DNA of 64,000 nt, taken from positions 20,956,001 through 21,020,000 of the forward strand of contig CM060732.1 of assembly GCA_030704615.1 (NCBI GenBank). The letters are read 5' to 3'. The notes beneath the pieces are model-generated. The model ran no database searches. It was given only the letters and a program-made list of their open reading frames with translations, and was not told where the DNA came from. This document shows positions 25,351 to 38,892 of this stretch, piece by piece. The DNA comes from Takakia lepidozioides (lineage: Eukaryota; Plantae; Bryophyta). The translations under genes and the position numbers were made by a program. The number at the start of each line of letters is the position of its first letter. Position 1 is the stretch's first letter.

Positions 25351-26160
25351 ACTTGTAAAGCTCGGTCGAAGCAGGTTTCCACTATGCAAAATTTGTAAGC
25401 CTCTTGAATGACTACTTATCACACACTGCAGAAAGTCAAGTGTGAGGCTGGTAGAACTGTTGGGTGATGAATTCGCTAGGGTGCAAGGTGGCAGGCCAGT
25501 GCTTGAGCTGCTAAGATACTCTATAGATTTCGGTAAAATAGGGCTAGAATTTTCCTGCAAGAACTACAAAGCTAAAATTCACAGTTTCACTCTTTTGTAC
25601 AGCAATCTGTATTCAAAAGGAGCTTTATCTAGCATGATCCTTACCATTGAAATTTGGTCTTCAATCCCATGCAACATAAAAGCACCTGTATTCAGAAAGA
25701 GCCAATTTTTGCCAATAACACTGATATCCATGCTTGAGAAGACATTGGACTTCCAGGAGAATCAAGGTCTAGGCTTTAGAGTGGCCATCCACTTCAGGTC
25801 CCAATCATAATCTAATGATACAATCATGGTTGGAAATTTTCACAACATGATGACGCAATGAAGTTAACCATCTTTTTCATCCAGCGCCTAAAATGAAGGA
25901 CCTTAACATGCACAAAAAAAAAGTACCGAGGTGCAGAGATGAACATGGCCTTGCACATGATCAAAGGAATTAAGAACTGACTTGCGACTTGAATTTACTG
26001 GGAAATTCCACCTCACTTGCGAAAGCCATAATTACACCATCTATTGAGATTCTTGTGATGGGTTTTTCCTTCTTTGACCCCAAAATGTCTAATCAACAAA
26101 CCTCCAAACCGCTTCTAGATCATCCAGACTGGTCAATTGACTGCTAAAGAACCACCAATT

Positions 26161-29100
26161 TCAAGTAGGCTCCATCGATGCATTTGTGGCGTCTTCTTCG
26201 ACACCAACTCCCCCAACCAGCTGCAGACACCCCAAAATTAGTTTGATAACTCCTCACAGTTACCTCCCCTCACTGCTTTAACTGTAGGAAAGATGTTACA
26301 CAAGAACTCCCGCTGTATACAAATGTAGACTAAACATCTGCCGGCACAACATTGGTCTCTGTGGCTTTGAAAACTACCATTGCAACAGCTATAAGGATTA
26401 AGACTGCTCTATCTCAATATCACTTTTGAATCACTTGGATCAAGCCCAAGTACAGTATTGGCCCTTTTCCAAGAGTGAGAATGGATCTATTGTGAAGAAT
26501 CAGTTGCAAGTTCCTATTCTGACTTGTGACAGGAGGATTAAATAGTGCGCAATTCTGGAACTTGACTTCACCATGAAGGTCACTTTCTCGAGACAGGCGA
26601 ATACTTCCACCAACTGATTTTTGTTAAAAGTTCTAACTTTGTTCCGATGCGCTCCACATCTTCTATCAGGCAGTAACATGCAAGTCCTTTATGGGCACCA
26701 AATGCATGAGAAATTGACTTCCAAAAGTGAACAGAGCTTGGATATTGAGGTAATACCAGGGAACCTAGACGCTCATACGCATCCATAACTCTGGAATCCT
26801 CTTCACCTTCATAGCCCACTTCAAGAATTCGTGGCCCATTCACTGACCAAAGTGCCCTTCGTCCGCCCTCCTGGAATCACCAACCAATACGAGAGAAAGT
26901 GAAGCAAGAATGAAAGAGACTTCATAATGTCCAGAAAGAAGTTCAATACGTCCATGGGAGGCACAGAGGGCCAATTGGACACAGCAGAACAACGCAGTAG
27001 AATCTCAAAAACCGAAAAGCAAATTGTTCACATAAAACTGGAGTGCCACATGCAGGTGAGTCGCGAAGTACTGCTTTCGATCCTGTATCTTAAGGCGTCT
27101 GCCCGGGACAAGGAATCTTCTAAAACACATCGATAGATATGGATCTTGTAGTAGGCATTGAGAACAATCTTTGCTTGCAATCAGAACAATTGAGTATATC
27201 CTATCCTCAAGGTATCTTGTGGGAACTTCCTGTCTCAATCCGTAGAGTTTGAGAGCCAACTTTGACATTTTCTCGAAAGGGCTTCGTGAGGGACATGGAA
27301 ACCTTAGCAGAGAAGTACGAAGCTGTGATCATATCATAATCCCCAATGAATATGACACGATCTCTGCAGAAAATAGGTGCACCTGATATGGCAGGGGATA
27401 AACCTGCCGGGTGCACCTGCTGGGGATTTTGTTCGAGTTGGCTTGACGGACCTGCTGTCTGTTGCACATAAACCTTTCTGACATCCTCTCTGATCAAGTT
27501 GTTTAGGTCCTGCTTTGTAAGGATGACATCCCGAGAAGGATCAGGGTGGTAGTCTCCTTGTAGATAAACCAGATCTGTAAGTAAATCTATCAGACTTCGA
27601 AAAAATGTCTTTCTGAATCTTCTAGTTGTTAAAACTCCTCGTGCTGGCAGTCAATGCAGTGAGCAACCAGAGGAAGATGATGATGCTGAGCATTGCACCG
27701 AATTCAAGGGGAAGAGAAGCACTCAGCTGTAATTCTTTGGCATTATGGAAGATAATGAGGCCTTGCCACAGTGACCTCAAAATGTCAAACCCCAGCAGAT
27801 AGGGACAAAATCCTGTCATGGAAGTACTCTATATCCCTCATCAAGGAGTCTTACAAGCAACCAGGCCTCAAACAAAGTAGCAAAAGCACCGACCTGCAGT
27901 GCAAGCAAGTAGATTGCATCCGCAGCCTCCACACGAACTTGCGGATCAGGTTCCACCTCCCTTTCAAATGATAGGGGAGTGGCGAGCTCTAAGGGCATTT
28001 TAGATGTGTCGTCTTTAGAGTATGCCTGCCATCATCATCAGCAACCATGCAAATATCAAAGAGTAGAATTACAATATTAGAGTATAATATATCTGGAGAC
28101 TCGCCAGGAAAACCAAGAACAAACATCCCATGATCAAGCACTAGTTGGAACTTTGGTTTGAGCGTCTACGAGGCCAGTAGAAAATGTGGAAGGCAGTTGT
28201 CTCCAAGCACCATCCTTTAGCGGTTTAGCTTTTTCCTGGGCATGGTGAGGATTGGTCCTCTCCACAGTAGAAGGGAATGATGGAGGCATTTAGTCTCTTT
28301 TTTAAGACTCGCTTCTTTTCTTTTGGACTCTTCTTTTCTTTTCTTGGTTTCCAGGGGCTCATACCACGAGCATACAAGAGATCAAACTTGACCACAGGTG
28401 AAAAGAACATTACCGCACCCGTTTTCCTGCAAGAGGCAAAAGCAGTGCAGGCCACAGAAACTGGGAGGCTAGGAGGAGACTTGGCAATTGTGTTGCCGCC
28501 TCAAAGCAGCAATTCCGGACTGTCCCAGAAACCTGCACACATTCCATTTTGAAATTTGAGTTCTAATGTACCCCACTCCAGACTTCATGTCAGCACCAAC
28601 AAAACAGCCTAGGTGTCCACCTTCCCCTTCAGCGTGAGGTGACACCATAAGTTATGCCTGCTTCGACAGAAGTCTTCCTCTCTCTCTCTCTCTCTCTCTC
28701 TCTGCCTACTACTACCAACATCAGCCCCTGACAGAGGTAGGTTCTGTCCCTTTTGTTCCCGCTCAAACTGGGCGCGGGGTCAATGGCCACAAGGCTACGG
28801 CAAACAACGTCTTATGAGTACAATCTCTGCCTATTCTACCTGTCCTCTAGGAAGCCTATTACCATTGGGTGGACTTGATGTGGGAGTAGATAAATGTCTC
28901 TGTGACTAATTGCCGGCATTGTGACCTCGTGTCCTTGTTTGTTTTGCCTGGAGCACTCTGCTTCGGGTAAGGTAGTGCATTGGATTTAGTCAGAGAGTTT
29001 GGGGCCTCTCCCTCTTTAGAATATGTCTATGCGGCCCATTCCCTGCAGCTCCCTGGAGTGTGATCTCTGAATGGTAACAAGCGGACCCCTACCGCCTGGG

Positions 29101-32100
29101 GGCTGCCCCTCCACCCGGCAGTTGTATGCTCTGTCTAGCATGCTCGGCACTTGGGCTAGGGTTGGTCCTTCTGCTTAAACTTATAGCCTGTGAAATCAAG
29201 CATACACCATACCATGTCGATAACACCACTCCCCAGGGTGATTCCTGGGAATTGGTTACATACGCCAAATCTAGGGCTTCATGTGTAGTTTTTGGGGTGA
29301 ATCCCAGGATGAACTTTGTGTCCTATAAAACTACCTACTCCAGGCTTGGATTATGTGGCTAATGGCTCCATCTCGAATTGTCCCCCCTTTGCAGAACAGT
29401 TGGCCGTCCAGGAGCAACCATAGGCTACCTAGACGGCAAACAATCCATATGCAAAGGGCTCGCTTGCAGCTGGGCACTTTCAGCTTCTCAGGGCTGACTA
29501 ACCAAAGGAAACAATCTGAAGTGGGACAAGTTCTTCAGGCAAATGGAATGAATCTGTGCAGGGCAAGAGACATGGGAAACCTTGGACAAACTGGTTGGAG
29601 ATGTCAAAGGGTGTAAATGGTTCAGTAAGATGTGTGCACTGAGGACCCCATGATAGAGGTCCTTGTACTTCTCTTTCACCTTATCTGGAGGACTGAAATG
29701 ATCACCTTTCGTTGGCGACAGGGGGTCGTTGTCAATCTATACAAGAAAGGTGACAGAGAAGAAGCGGGGAACTATCGAGGCATCACGCTTCTCAATGCAG
29801 TTGGCAATATATTTTGCAGAGGTATAAGCACTCATCTCGAGGTTGATCTAGAGTCTAGAGGTTGTTTCCATGAAGGCCAAGCAGGCTTTCGGAGAAACAG
29901 GGGCTGTGTGGATCATATTTTTCACTCTAAGCCAGATTATCCAGGGATGGAAAAAAGAAGGGAAACCCACTTTTTTCTTTTTCTTGGATGTCAAAAAGGC
30001 TTCTGACACCGTGGAGAGACTGTCTATGGGTGCGACTCTGGTCATCTGGGATAAAGGGAAAGATGTGGAGAGTGGTCCATAACTTGTATGCCCACACCAA
30101 AAGCTGTGTCACGGTTAATGGACAGAAGTCTAACTTCTTTGACATAGACCAAGGTGTAGCTCAAGGATGTACCCCCTGCCCTCTGCAAGTCAAGGATGTG
30201 GAAAGTGAGGGATTTGGGTTAAGGGTGGGTGATGCCACCATACCAGCCCTTATGTTTGCGGATGAATCGCAGGCATAGGGGAGACCCCATCCAATCTTCA
30301 GGAGTTGATTGATTACGCGAAGAGATACTTTGACCTTTGGGGACTGGAGGCTAACGTCAGTAAATGCGCAGTGGTGGCATTCAACAACCGAGGGGAGGGA
30401 GGAGGCAATCTCAAGTGGCAGTGGGGAAGCCAAGAGATTCCGGTCCACCCATCCTACACATACGTTGGCGTTGAGTTCTCCTCCAACTGTAATTGGGCTG
30501 CTCATATTCAAAAAATTGTTCAATCTGGCAAGTGCAAAGCGTTGGTCTCACTAAGTTTTCCACTGCAGAGGGATCAACTCTCAAGTCAAAAAAACCATGC
30601 TTTGCGGGTTATTAGGCCTGCCTTAGAGCACACATCTGCAATATGGGTTGACAACTCCAACCAGACTAAGTCTCTAGAATCCATTCAAGTTGGGGTGCTT
30701 AAGGAGTGCATGTCAGCATGCTCTAAAACAGCCAATGTGACTGTTCGGAGCCTTAAGCACCCGACGAGATAAATTCAAGATCAGATGGTGGGGGTAGCTG
30801 CAACATACGACTAATATCAGATATCCTAAGTTAATCGACTCTATATCTTGAAAGCAGGATCGCCCTGTCAAACAGGCTTAAGTCCTGCTAACATCAAGGG
30901 GCTCATTACAATCTGGTGTGGGCCACAATTCTGGGTACCCCATACCCCTGCATTCAACCACTCATGACAGTCACCTACAACACCGGGTGGGCAACTACCA
31001 AAATTTTAGCCACAAAATTTCGAATTTTGAACTTCTTTCCAGTCTGTGACATGGGAGAGGCCATCATGGATGACCTCAGGCGTTACCCACCCTCGGCACT
31101 AGACTGAAATCTAAACTCAGGGCGGGAAGCCTACCTTTGAACAGCAAACAGAAGCAGAGAGGAAAGGGGGATTGCAAATGCCTGTTGTGTGGGCAACCTG
31201 AAGACAATATTCACTTTCTGATTCATTGTCCTGGGTCCTCTCACCAGAGAGATCTTCAAATCCATCAAGGGAATTGTGCCTGTACCTCTGTTTGCCAACT
31301 TTGAAAGTCTCGAGGCTGAGCCAAAAGCCCAGGCCCTTTCGGGGCCTAGTTATGCGGCAAACCACACACAGCAGATTGATGCTTGTGTTAAGGGATTTCT
31401 AGAGGATATCTGGGAAACTCTGATCAATTGTCTGTTCCAAAGTAAGTCATACTACCGGTGTCAGCCCCTGACAAAGGTAGTTTTCGTCCCTTTTTTTTCC
31501 GCTCAAACTGAGTGCGGGGTCAATGGCCACAAAGGCTACGGCAAACAATGTCTTATGAGTACATTCTCTCTCTGCCTATCTATAATTAACAAGTAATCCC
31601 GGTAACTGGATTGTCATGGCTGTCTATGAAAATTCCAAGCTGAGTCTCATATGCCATGGTTGGGTGAAAACCCACAACCGGCCCTGGATGGGTTCGTATT
31701 GCACGATGACTGCCCCCTCAAGGTGCACCATATTGAGAACGGGTCAAGAAATACATTTTCTCTTGTCTTCCTCAAAAAGCTGGAGTGCTTTTTTATGACG
31801 TACCCCCTGTCGGCGCACAAGGCTTCTGGAGTCGATTTGCGGAAGAATTTGTTTAAAGAGACTCCTATTTATGTCCAACAGCAGCTTGCGCCCTGCCTCA
31901 AGCCTTGTGATATTCACCAGAATTGCAGCCACATGCTCAAACTCATCTTCTCCTTAAGCCACAGCAACAAACAGTGTTAACATTACCCCAACAAGGGAGT
32001 TCAGAAGAAGCACCACCTACAAAATGTTTGCATCTTTAAGTTTGACTCTGATTCAAATAGATACACAGCTCAACGCCTACCAAGATCCTCGGCACTGCTT

Positions 32101-34999
32101 GCAGGCCAGGTTTCAGTAAAACACAATACATGATTTGATTATGAATTCGCTCAACTTAAATACTTAGAGTCACCTTCGTTACGACCAGAAGACCTGGTAA
32201 AGAATCGCACGAGCCGAGAAATATGTAGGCCTGCCAGCTTGTCCTCTCCTTCCTGACCATTGCAGTACAGAAAAGAATGCAGATTTAGTGAACCAACAGT
32301 GCAAAATCTTCCGGTGGACCATAATGTAATGAATCAGTTTAATAATTCAACCTGCTCCTAAGAACATTATAAACCAGAGCTCTTCTTCCCAGTGAGTCAG
32401 GTCCATCAGTGCCAGGGGTAGGGTTTTCAAGAAGCAGACATCCATGTCTGCACAAATATCCAAAATCTGAATGTTCAGTCAGATCATAATTTTATTGGAA
32501 TAAAAGCCCATGTGCTTGCAGAACGGATTAGTTATTTTGGTCACCCTGTTTTGGTCACATCCATGGTTAACAGTGGTTTAGAGTTGCGTGAAAACAAGGC
32601 ATCTCATGCTCACGCGCACATAAATAGCCCTCTATTGAGTAGCTGTTCCCACCTTCATGAAAAAACATTTATAGTACTTTAAGAGGGCATGTATGATAGA
32701 AAGTTGAATGTAGGCGGACCACACTGGCCACTAAAAATGCCAAAGTTCACATACCATCTTCAGAATAACTAGTTTGAAATGCAGGAAGGAAGCTTAGATA
32801 CAGTCTTGTACTGTGCCATGAGAAGCTTGGGGGAGATCTTACAGAAAGGACACACTAAGAAAAGGCAAGTAAACATAGAGCGAAGAGAAATGTAAATACT
32901 ACAGCCTTCCCTTTTCTCTGCAAACAGCTTCATCAAGCACAAACTCCATACTGCAAGAACTTGGTTCATTTACCTGGAGGAGACGAACCACCCCAGCATC
33001 AACTTGCGAGAGATTAACAAGCAGCAGGACCAAAGGCCTGTTGCTGCCATAGCCAGGCTTCCCTAAAAGCTCCATTACCCTTTCTATTGCGCCTGCTGCT
33101 AACAATTCGTGAGTAACTTTGGGCTCTTGGGAGAGATTCACAAGAGCCTCTGCCGCTGGTTGGGCTACTTCCTGCACCCAACACATCCACACAAACTTAT
33201 CACCAGACCTTGGGTCTCTTCCGTAATGTCCTGTGGTTAAGGAAAACGTTTGAATTTTCCAAGAGACTGCAGAAAGGAAAGAGTGATGGAGTGAAGAGGA
33301 AAAGCGTGAGAGCTCTAAGGCATGGTGGAGGACATATACTGGCAGCAGCCTTGTGGCTATACACACCGTGCTGACTCAATACAGAGGTAGAGAGAGATGC
33401 ATTCAGCGACAAATTCCTCTGAACAGTGGCTGTGACATGCCCTTTAAGACGATCGTCCTGCAATCGGGGCTAGCTGCTACAATTCCCCACCAACTCTATC
33501 AGCTCCAGAGAGCAGATGTACATTATTATATGCATGCCTATAACCATGGGCAATATGGTTATACTACTAAGCTGTGGAGCTTGAGCACCCAAAATATCTG
33601 ATGGAGAACCACTCAAGAGAAGGAACTGCAGGAGCCATAGGTATGAACCATAGCTCAGAAGCGTAGAGACAGAAGAATTTCCGGGCCAACAAATTCATGG
33701 GAACCATGGGAAACACCAAGAAACATGAGTGGAGAACTTTTCAAAAGCAGTGAAATCTTGGACGAAGGACCCCTACTTACCTTCCAGTAACTGTGAGCAT
33801 GATTGGAGTGCGAGCAGTCCCTGCAGACCGCCTGGACTCACCACCAATTCAAAGCCCAACCGGCATATTTAATTCTTACTTTAGCACATTAGGCTCCAAA
33901 ACCTTGTCAACCGGTCAAAAGCTGAGCATTTCTGTCTGCAGGATTGGCCCTGCCTGCGGTAACTGCTGCTTGCTGGAACTTGTTAGTGCTTGACTTGGAA
34001 AACGAATTATAACATAAGAGGTCTCTGCCCATCTCTTGTTCACACTGGATCCAATGAGGTGAGCAACACAGCATTGGTGACACAGCGAGTCACAAATGCA
34101 AGGGTGTGGTGCTGTAGCAGCTCAATGTGGCCTTCACCTTCCAGCAGAACCTAGAAGCCTGAAAGTGGCATAAGAGATGTTGCCAAAGCATTTGCACGGC
34201 CACATATGGAGGCTAATCTGAGGTTGAGTGGTCCGGTAAGCAATTCTCCGCATCCAACTACGACATAGTCAAATGATGGCTATATGTTAAAAAACTTGCC
34301 TGTTTATCTCCCAGAAGGAAGAGAAGAGGGGGAATAAAATCAGGTGCTCGGGTTGCAAGACTGCGAATGCCATCGTCACTCCCTGTCAGCCCCTGCACTA
34401 TGTCCACCGCTGCCTTCTTTATCTGCCACAACCCACTCAGAAGGACCGCTTAATTGATGGACGGCTGGCAGATGTGGGTGTGTGGCTAATGGCAGGACAA
34501 ATGTGTTGGGCCTCTCTCATTGTACTCAGTTTTGGCAGAGAAGAATGCCTCCGGAGAGAGGGAGACAGAGAGAGGATGCCCCAGCTCAACTTTGGGACAC
34601 ACCCGAGGGGCCAAACAAAGCAGGAAGACGGCACTACCATTGCTGGAGGCTTGCTTTTGCAGAGTATATTATTTCCAAAGGAATCTGGATGTTCTCTAGC
34701 ATGCAAACAATTATCGTAGCCACTCAGGCTGAGACGAAGGGAGACTATGCTTTGGACACCGCACGATTCAGGGAGCTGTAAGGCGGTGAGGGATCGGAGA
34801 ACTTGAAATGCATCTGAGAAACATCACGTTGATTAAACCCCTACAAGTGAAACGAGTTTTCGAGTCCATCAGAGAATTACAAGTTCAACGAAATCATCAG
34901 GCCTCGAGCCACAAAGCCCAATTCATTTCCCAAGCCCACCTGAGGGGAGGCTGACGTTAGGAAGTTGACAAGATCGTCCAGGTCAGAATTGGAAGCCAT
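26161..34999 (-). CDS. HGH1: HGH1/FAM203 homologue (ARM-repeat eEF2 co-chaperone), 9 exons, 342 aa
   Basis: Exons 34999-34940, 34422-34300, 33171-32974, 32252-32174, 31952-31804, 28532-28419, 28025-27894, 26870-26757 and 26220-26161 total 1029 nt in one open frame. Motifs AAEALVNLSQ, VSGTVRNCCFE, LWPALLLPLAG, MPLELATPLS, NGPRILEVGYE. Confidence 0.92.
28677..28703. repeat. (CT)n microsatellite at the LINE insertion site
   Basis: Directly visible. Confidence 0.9.
28709..28823 (+). mobile_element. Short 5'-truncated LINE insertion (last ~115 bp)
   Basis: Near-identical to 5965-6080; flanked by TCTCTGCCTA on both sides. Confidence 0.85.
28835..31568 (+). mobile_element. Older, internally deleted copy of the LINE in HGH1 intron 5 (antisense)
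   Basis: Collinear with the 5'UTR, ORF1, APE, RT and CCHC regions of the first copy, with large deletions near 29375 and 29640. TSD TCTCTGCCTA at 28824-28833 and 31569-31578. Confidence 0.9.
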
Positions 35000-36559
35000 G
35001 CCAGCTTGCTTGATCCAATATCCGCAATGAGTAGGATGATGGGCTTCGATTGAACACACAGAATTTTTACGGTTTATGCTCTTTTCCTCCAACAACAGAC
35101 AGAAGCAGTGCGCAACCAAGCGTGCTCGAGCTCGTGATTCAAAGCGCTGTCTGCGAAACTGAGAAGGAAGTGAAGGCCAAGGGTCCAGAGTGTAGGGTTG
35201 CAATATGGCTACTTTCTTTTCTTTCCTTTTTTGGCTTTTGCTTTTAACTTCAACTGAAAGACGAAACTGGTATGTAGTGTGCATGTTTTGGGTAAGTGGG
35301 TGTGCTATGTCTGTCTGTGGGTAAGGTTGTGGGAACACATGCAGATATCAACCATTCATGTCATGCATTTTTGTAGCCATAACCAGTCAAGCCAAGGTCA
35401 GTTTCACCAGGCTTTGCACAATCAGACTTGCAGAGCAGACCTATTCACATTTGCTATGCTCAGGGCCTTCATGAGATTTTCCAGCTTGCAGTGTCAGCGA
35501 GTGGGCAACTTGCATACTCTTCTCGTGGAGGTGAGGTATTTAGTTCCCTACGTGACTACATCCTCAGTCCCCCTGCATTAACAAGTGTCATTACAAAGTT
35601 CCCCTTGGGGGTCCAATGCAAACTAATGCCTCGGGCTTCTGGACTTTGTGAAATGTAATGGTTGGACACTTCCTTGAAGGGAGGACAACCTGCTAAAGGG
35701 TCCAGTCCCCAGAGCACGTTATTTCAGCAGATTCTCGTCTTATGGCTGTTGAATGTTTCATGTATCCGAGTTGCGCTTGAAATGGTGTGTGTGTGTGTAG
35801 TATCAGCTGGAAGTCAAGCGAACGTGGATCGAAGGAAAATAGCATGTCGTCAATGCTCTGAGCTCGTTATCTCATGAGAGCTACTGCGGCATATCCTAGC
35901 TTAAACGAAAAAGAAAGAGAAAATAGAGGAGTTGCTTTGTTCTTCATATAGTTTTCGACGAGTTGAAGAAGCTATATTATTAAGAGAGGATTAAGAGGCG
36001 TGGTGTCTGTGTATGAAACACAGATATGGAATACCACACAATTTTACTATCATCTACGACCCTCGACAAATCATCTACGACCCTCGACGAATCATCCACT
36101 AGTGGTTGTAGATGATTTGTCCAGGGTTGATTTTGTGGGCAAACGGTATGCGTTGGAATACCAAATGCCCATGTCTTCATCCCACTTGTTCAGCAAATAT
36201 TCTCTAATAGATTCTTAGATCCTTCAAATTTATGCTTAGATGCTTTCATCTTTGATTTGTCGAGCATATGGTAAACGAAGAAATACCGTATGACCACGTC
36301 CCTCGACAAATCAACTTAGTTGTTCACACCACTTGTTGACAACATGGGCATCAACAGCGCAGGTGGCGCCACTAAGGCAGGTAGCGCAGGTGGCGCCACT
36401 AAGGGAAGCAGCACCAGGTTGTTGGCACAAGTTCAGATTGGCACAACCTAATTTCTGATAAATACATATATATACGTATACATGTATGTAGAGGGTTTAG
36501 GGTCATTTGCATAATTCAAATATGATGACACCTTGTCTTTAAGAATGTTGTACTATAAC

Positions 36560-37870
36560 GTAATAATTTGATGATATTGAAAGAACAACTAGATCTAATA
36601 TGTGGACGTATAATCTATAGTGTTCTAGTTTATTCGTATTACTTAGAATTTTTATATTATGAGATATAAAATATTGTGAATTAAAAAATCACAAAGGGGT
36701 AGAGATTGAATTAAAATATATCCTATAACAGCCTTATTAAATGCATATGAAATATCACAATTCAGTGTTCACTCTTACATGTGTTTTCTATTATTATATT
36801 GGTCATTTATATGTACAGAGTCTCATAAGAAGAATATTTTCATTGTCCTGCAATAAGTTATTTTTAATTAAAAATACAAGGATGTGTGAGACCGGATTAT
36901 AAAAAAATAACAAAATTATTTTAAAATGTAGATAAGATTTCATAATTTAATATTCACTCGTACACGCACTTGCTATTATTATATAGATCATTTATGTGTA
37001 TCACATGAATTCAAGAAGATTATGAGTAACTATGCATGGATGGATGCATAGGAATTGTGATAAAGAACAATTGGATCTAATAACATGTGTGTACATATAC
37101 TCTATAGTTTTCTAGTTCGTAATACTTGGAATTTTTGTATTAACAGATATGCAATGAAATATTTTTAACTAAACAAAATTACAAATATGTGACAGATCCA
37201 ATTAAAATCTATTCTATAACAGCCTTCTTAAATGCATATAAATTATCACAACACCCTGTTCATTCTTATTTTAAAATTTAAAATTTATTTTAAAATACAG
37301 ATAAGATTTCATAATTTAATATTCACTCGTACATGCACTTGCTATTATTATATAGATCATTTATGTGTATCCCATGAATTCAAGAAGATTATGAGTAACC
37401 TATACATAGGATGGATGCATAGGAATTGTGATAAAGAACATTTGGATCTAATAACATGTGTGGACCTATACTCTATAGTTTTCTAGTTTGTTCGTAATAC
37501 TTGGAATTTTTGTATTGACAGATATGCAATGAAATATTTTGTATTAAAAATAATTACAAATATGTGACAGATCGAATTAAAATCTATCCTATAACAGCCT
37601 TTTTAAATGCATATAAAAATCACAAATCCCTGTTCATTCTTACATGTACCTTTTATTATTATATTGATCATTTATGTGTACAAAATTTTTCATTGTCGTG
37701 CAATAAGTTGTTTTAAATTTAAAAAAAATCACATGGATTTTGGAGATCAAATTGAAAAAATGAATAACAAATATCATTTTAATATGCAGATTAGATTTTA
37801 AAATTCAATATTCAATCTAACATGCACCTCCTATTATTATATAGATCATTTATGTGTATCGCATGAACTA
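36560..37870. repeat. AT-rich degenerate tandem repeat, about 3 units of 370-490 bp
   Basis: Blocks such as ATAGATCATTTATGTGTATC (about 36982, 37352, 37841) and CTATAACAGCC (about 36723, 37214, 37589) recur. Confidence 0.8.
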
Positions 37871-37938
37871 AGTAACCTATACAACTGAGTGTTCTGAGTG
37901 TTCTGAGAGATGATGTATAGATATATAGTCAATGCATT

Positions 37939-38892
37939 CATTACAACAGATCGCGGTATTTATGACTGTATATATGATTATTCTGCAGTCATAAACGGTA
38001 CATATGACTTCTATGACTGTAAGTCGTGCAAACCAAGTCAATACAATGAGTACAGGATGGTACGGTCCGGATGACTACAGTCATATGAACCAAGTGATAT
38101 CTCTCACTGCAGTCATATATACCATACTGCAACCACCGCTGCCGCGCCACGTGGCGAGGCGCAATTGATTTAAAAATTAAATTAAATTAAAAAAACTTGA
38201 AAAATAAAAACATATATCAAACGTCGCGTCGCACCGCATTGTGCCACGTGGCATAATGCATTTTATAATAATGAAAAAACCACGTGGCAGTCCATCTAGA
38301 GTACCACGTGCTATCCCTAGCTCGCCTACTAACCCTAGGGCCATCTTATCCATTTGATTGTACTTAGAGAAGTTTGAACATGTAATCTCTTTACTATAAG
38401 AATTATAGTTCACTACCTGTTAACCAATACACCCATTAGTCATTCATATGATCATATGGTGTTTTAATTGTATTATACACACCAAATTACAAAATCCCCA
38501 GTAGTCATCATGACTATGTAACCTCATCCATGTACACTGTAGTCATGGAAATGACTATGCTATAAGCTATAGCTATAAGCAACTTTTTTTTAAAAATAAA
38601 CCTTTTGGTTACCAAGCTTGCACTAGAAGTCATTCCGGCGACTATTTGGTGGCAAGCTCGCGCTGGTCAACCATCGTTGACCACCCTTCCCTCTAGTGCG
38701 GAGCCATACAGTCATGACGACGTCTACCAAAGTAGTCGCCCAGAGGACTACGTAGTCACGTAGTCACGTAGTCATTTCAACAACTACGTGAAGTCCCATT
38801 TGGTCCAAAAATACAGGGGAGTCATGGTCAAAGTCAGGAAAACCATGACTACCGCGCCTCGGCAGTCAGATATACCGCGATCTGTTGTAGTG
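37939..38892. mobile_element. Non-autonomous CACTA element (954 bp)
   Basis: 21-bp TIRs CA(T/C)TACAACAGATCGCGGTAT, TSD ATT at 37936-37938 and 38893-38895, many ATGACT/AGTCAT subterminal motifs. Confidence 0.9.

Noticed and set aside
29370-29645. Spliced (processed) LINE transcript explaining the internal deletions
   Set aside because: The deletion ends do not match GT-AG in the full-length copy
28709-31568. LTR or Penelope-like terminal repeats
   Set aside because: The upstream repeat has its own TSD, is closer to another copy than to its neighbour, and is absent from the first full-length copy
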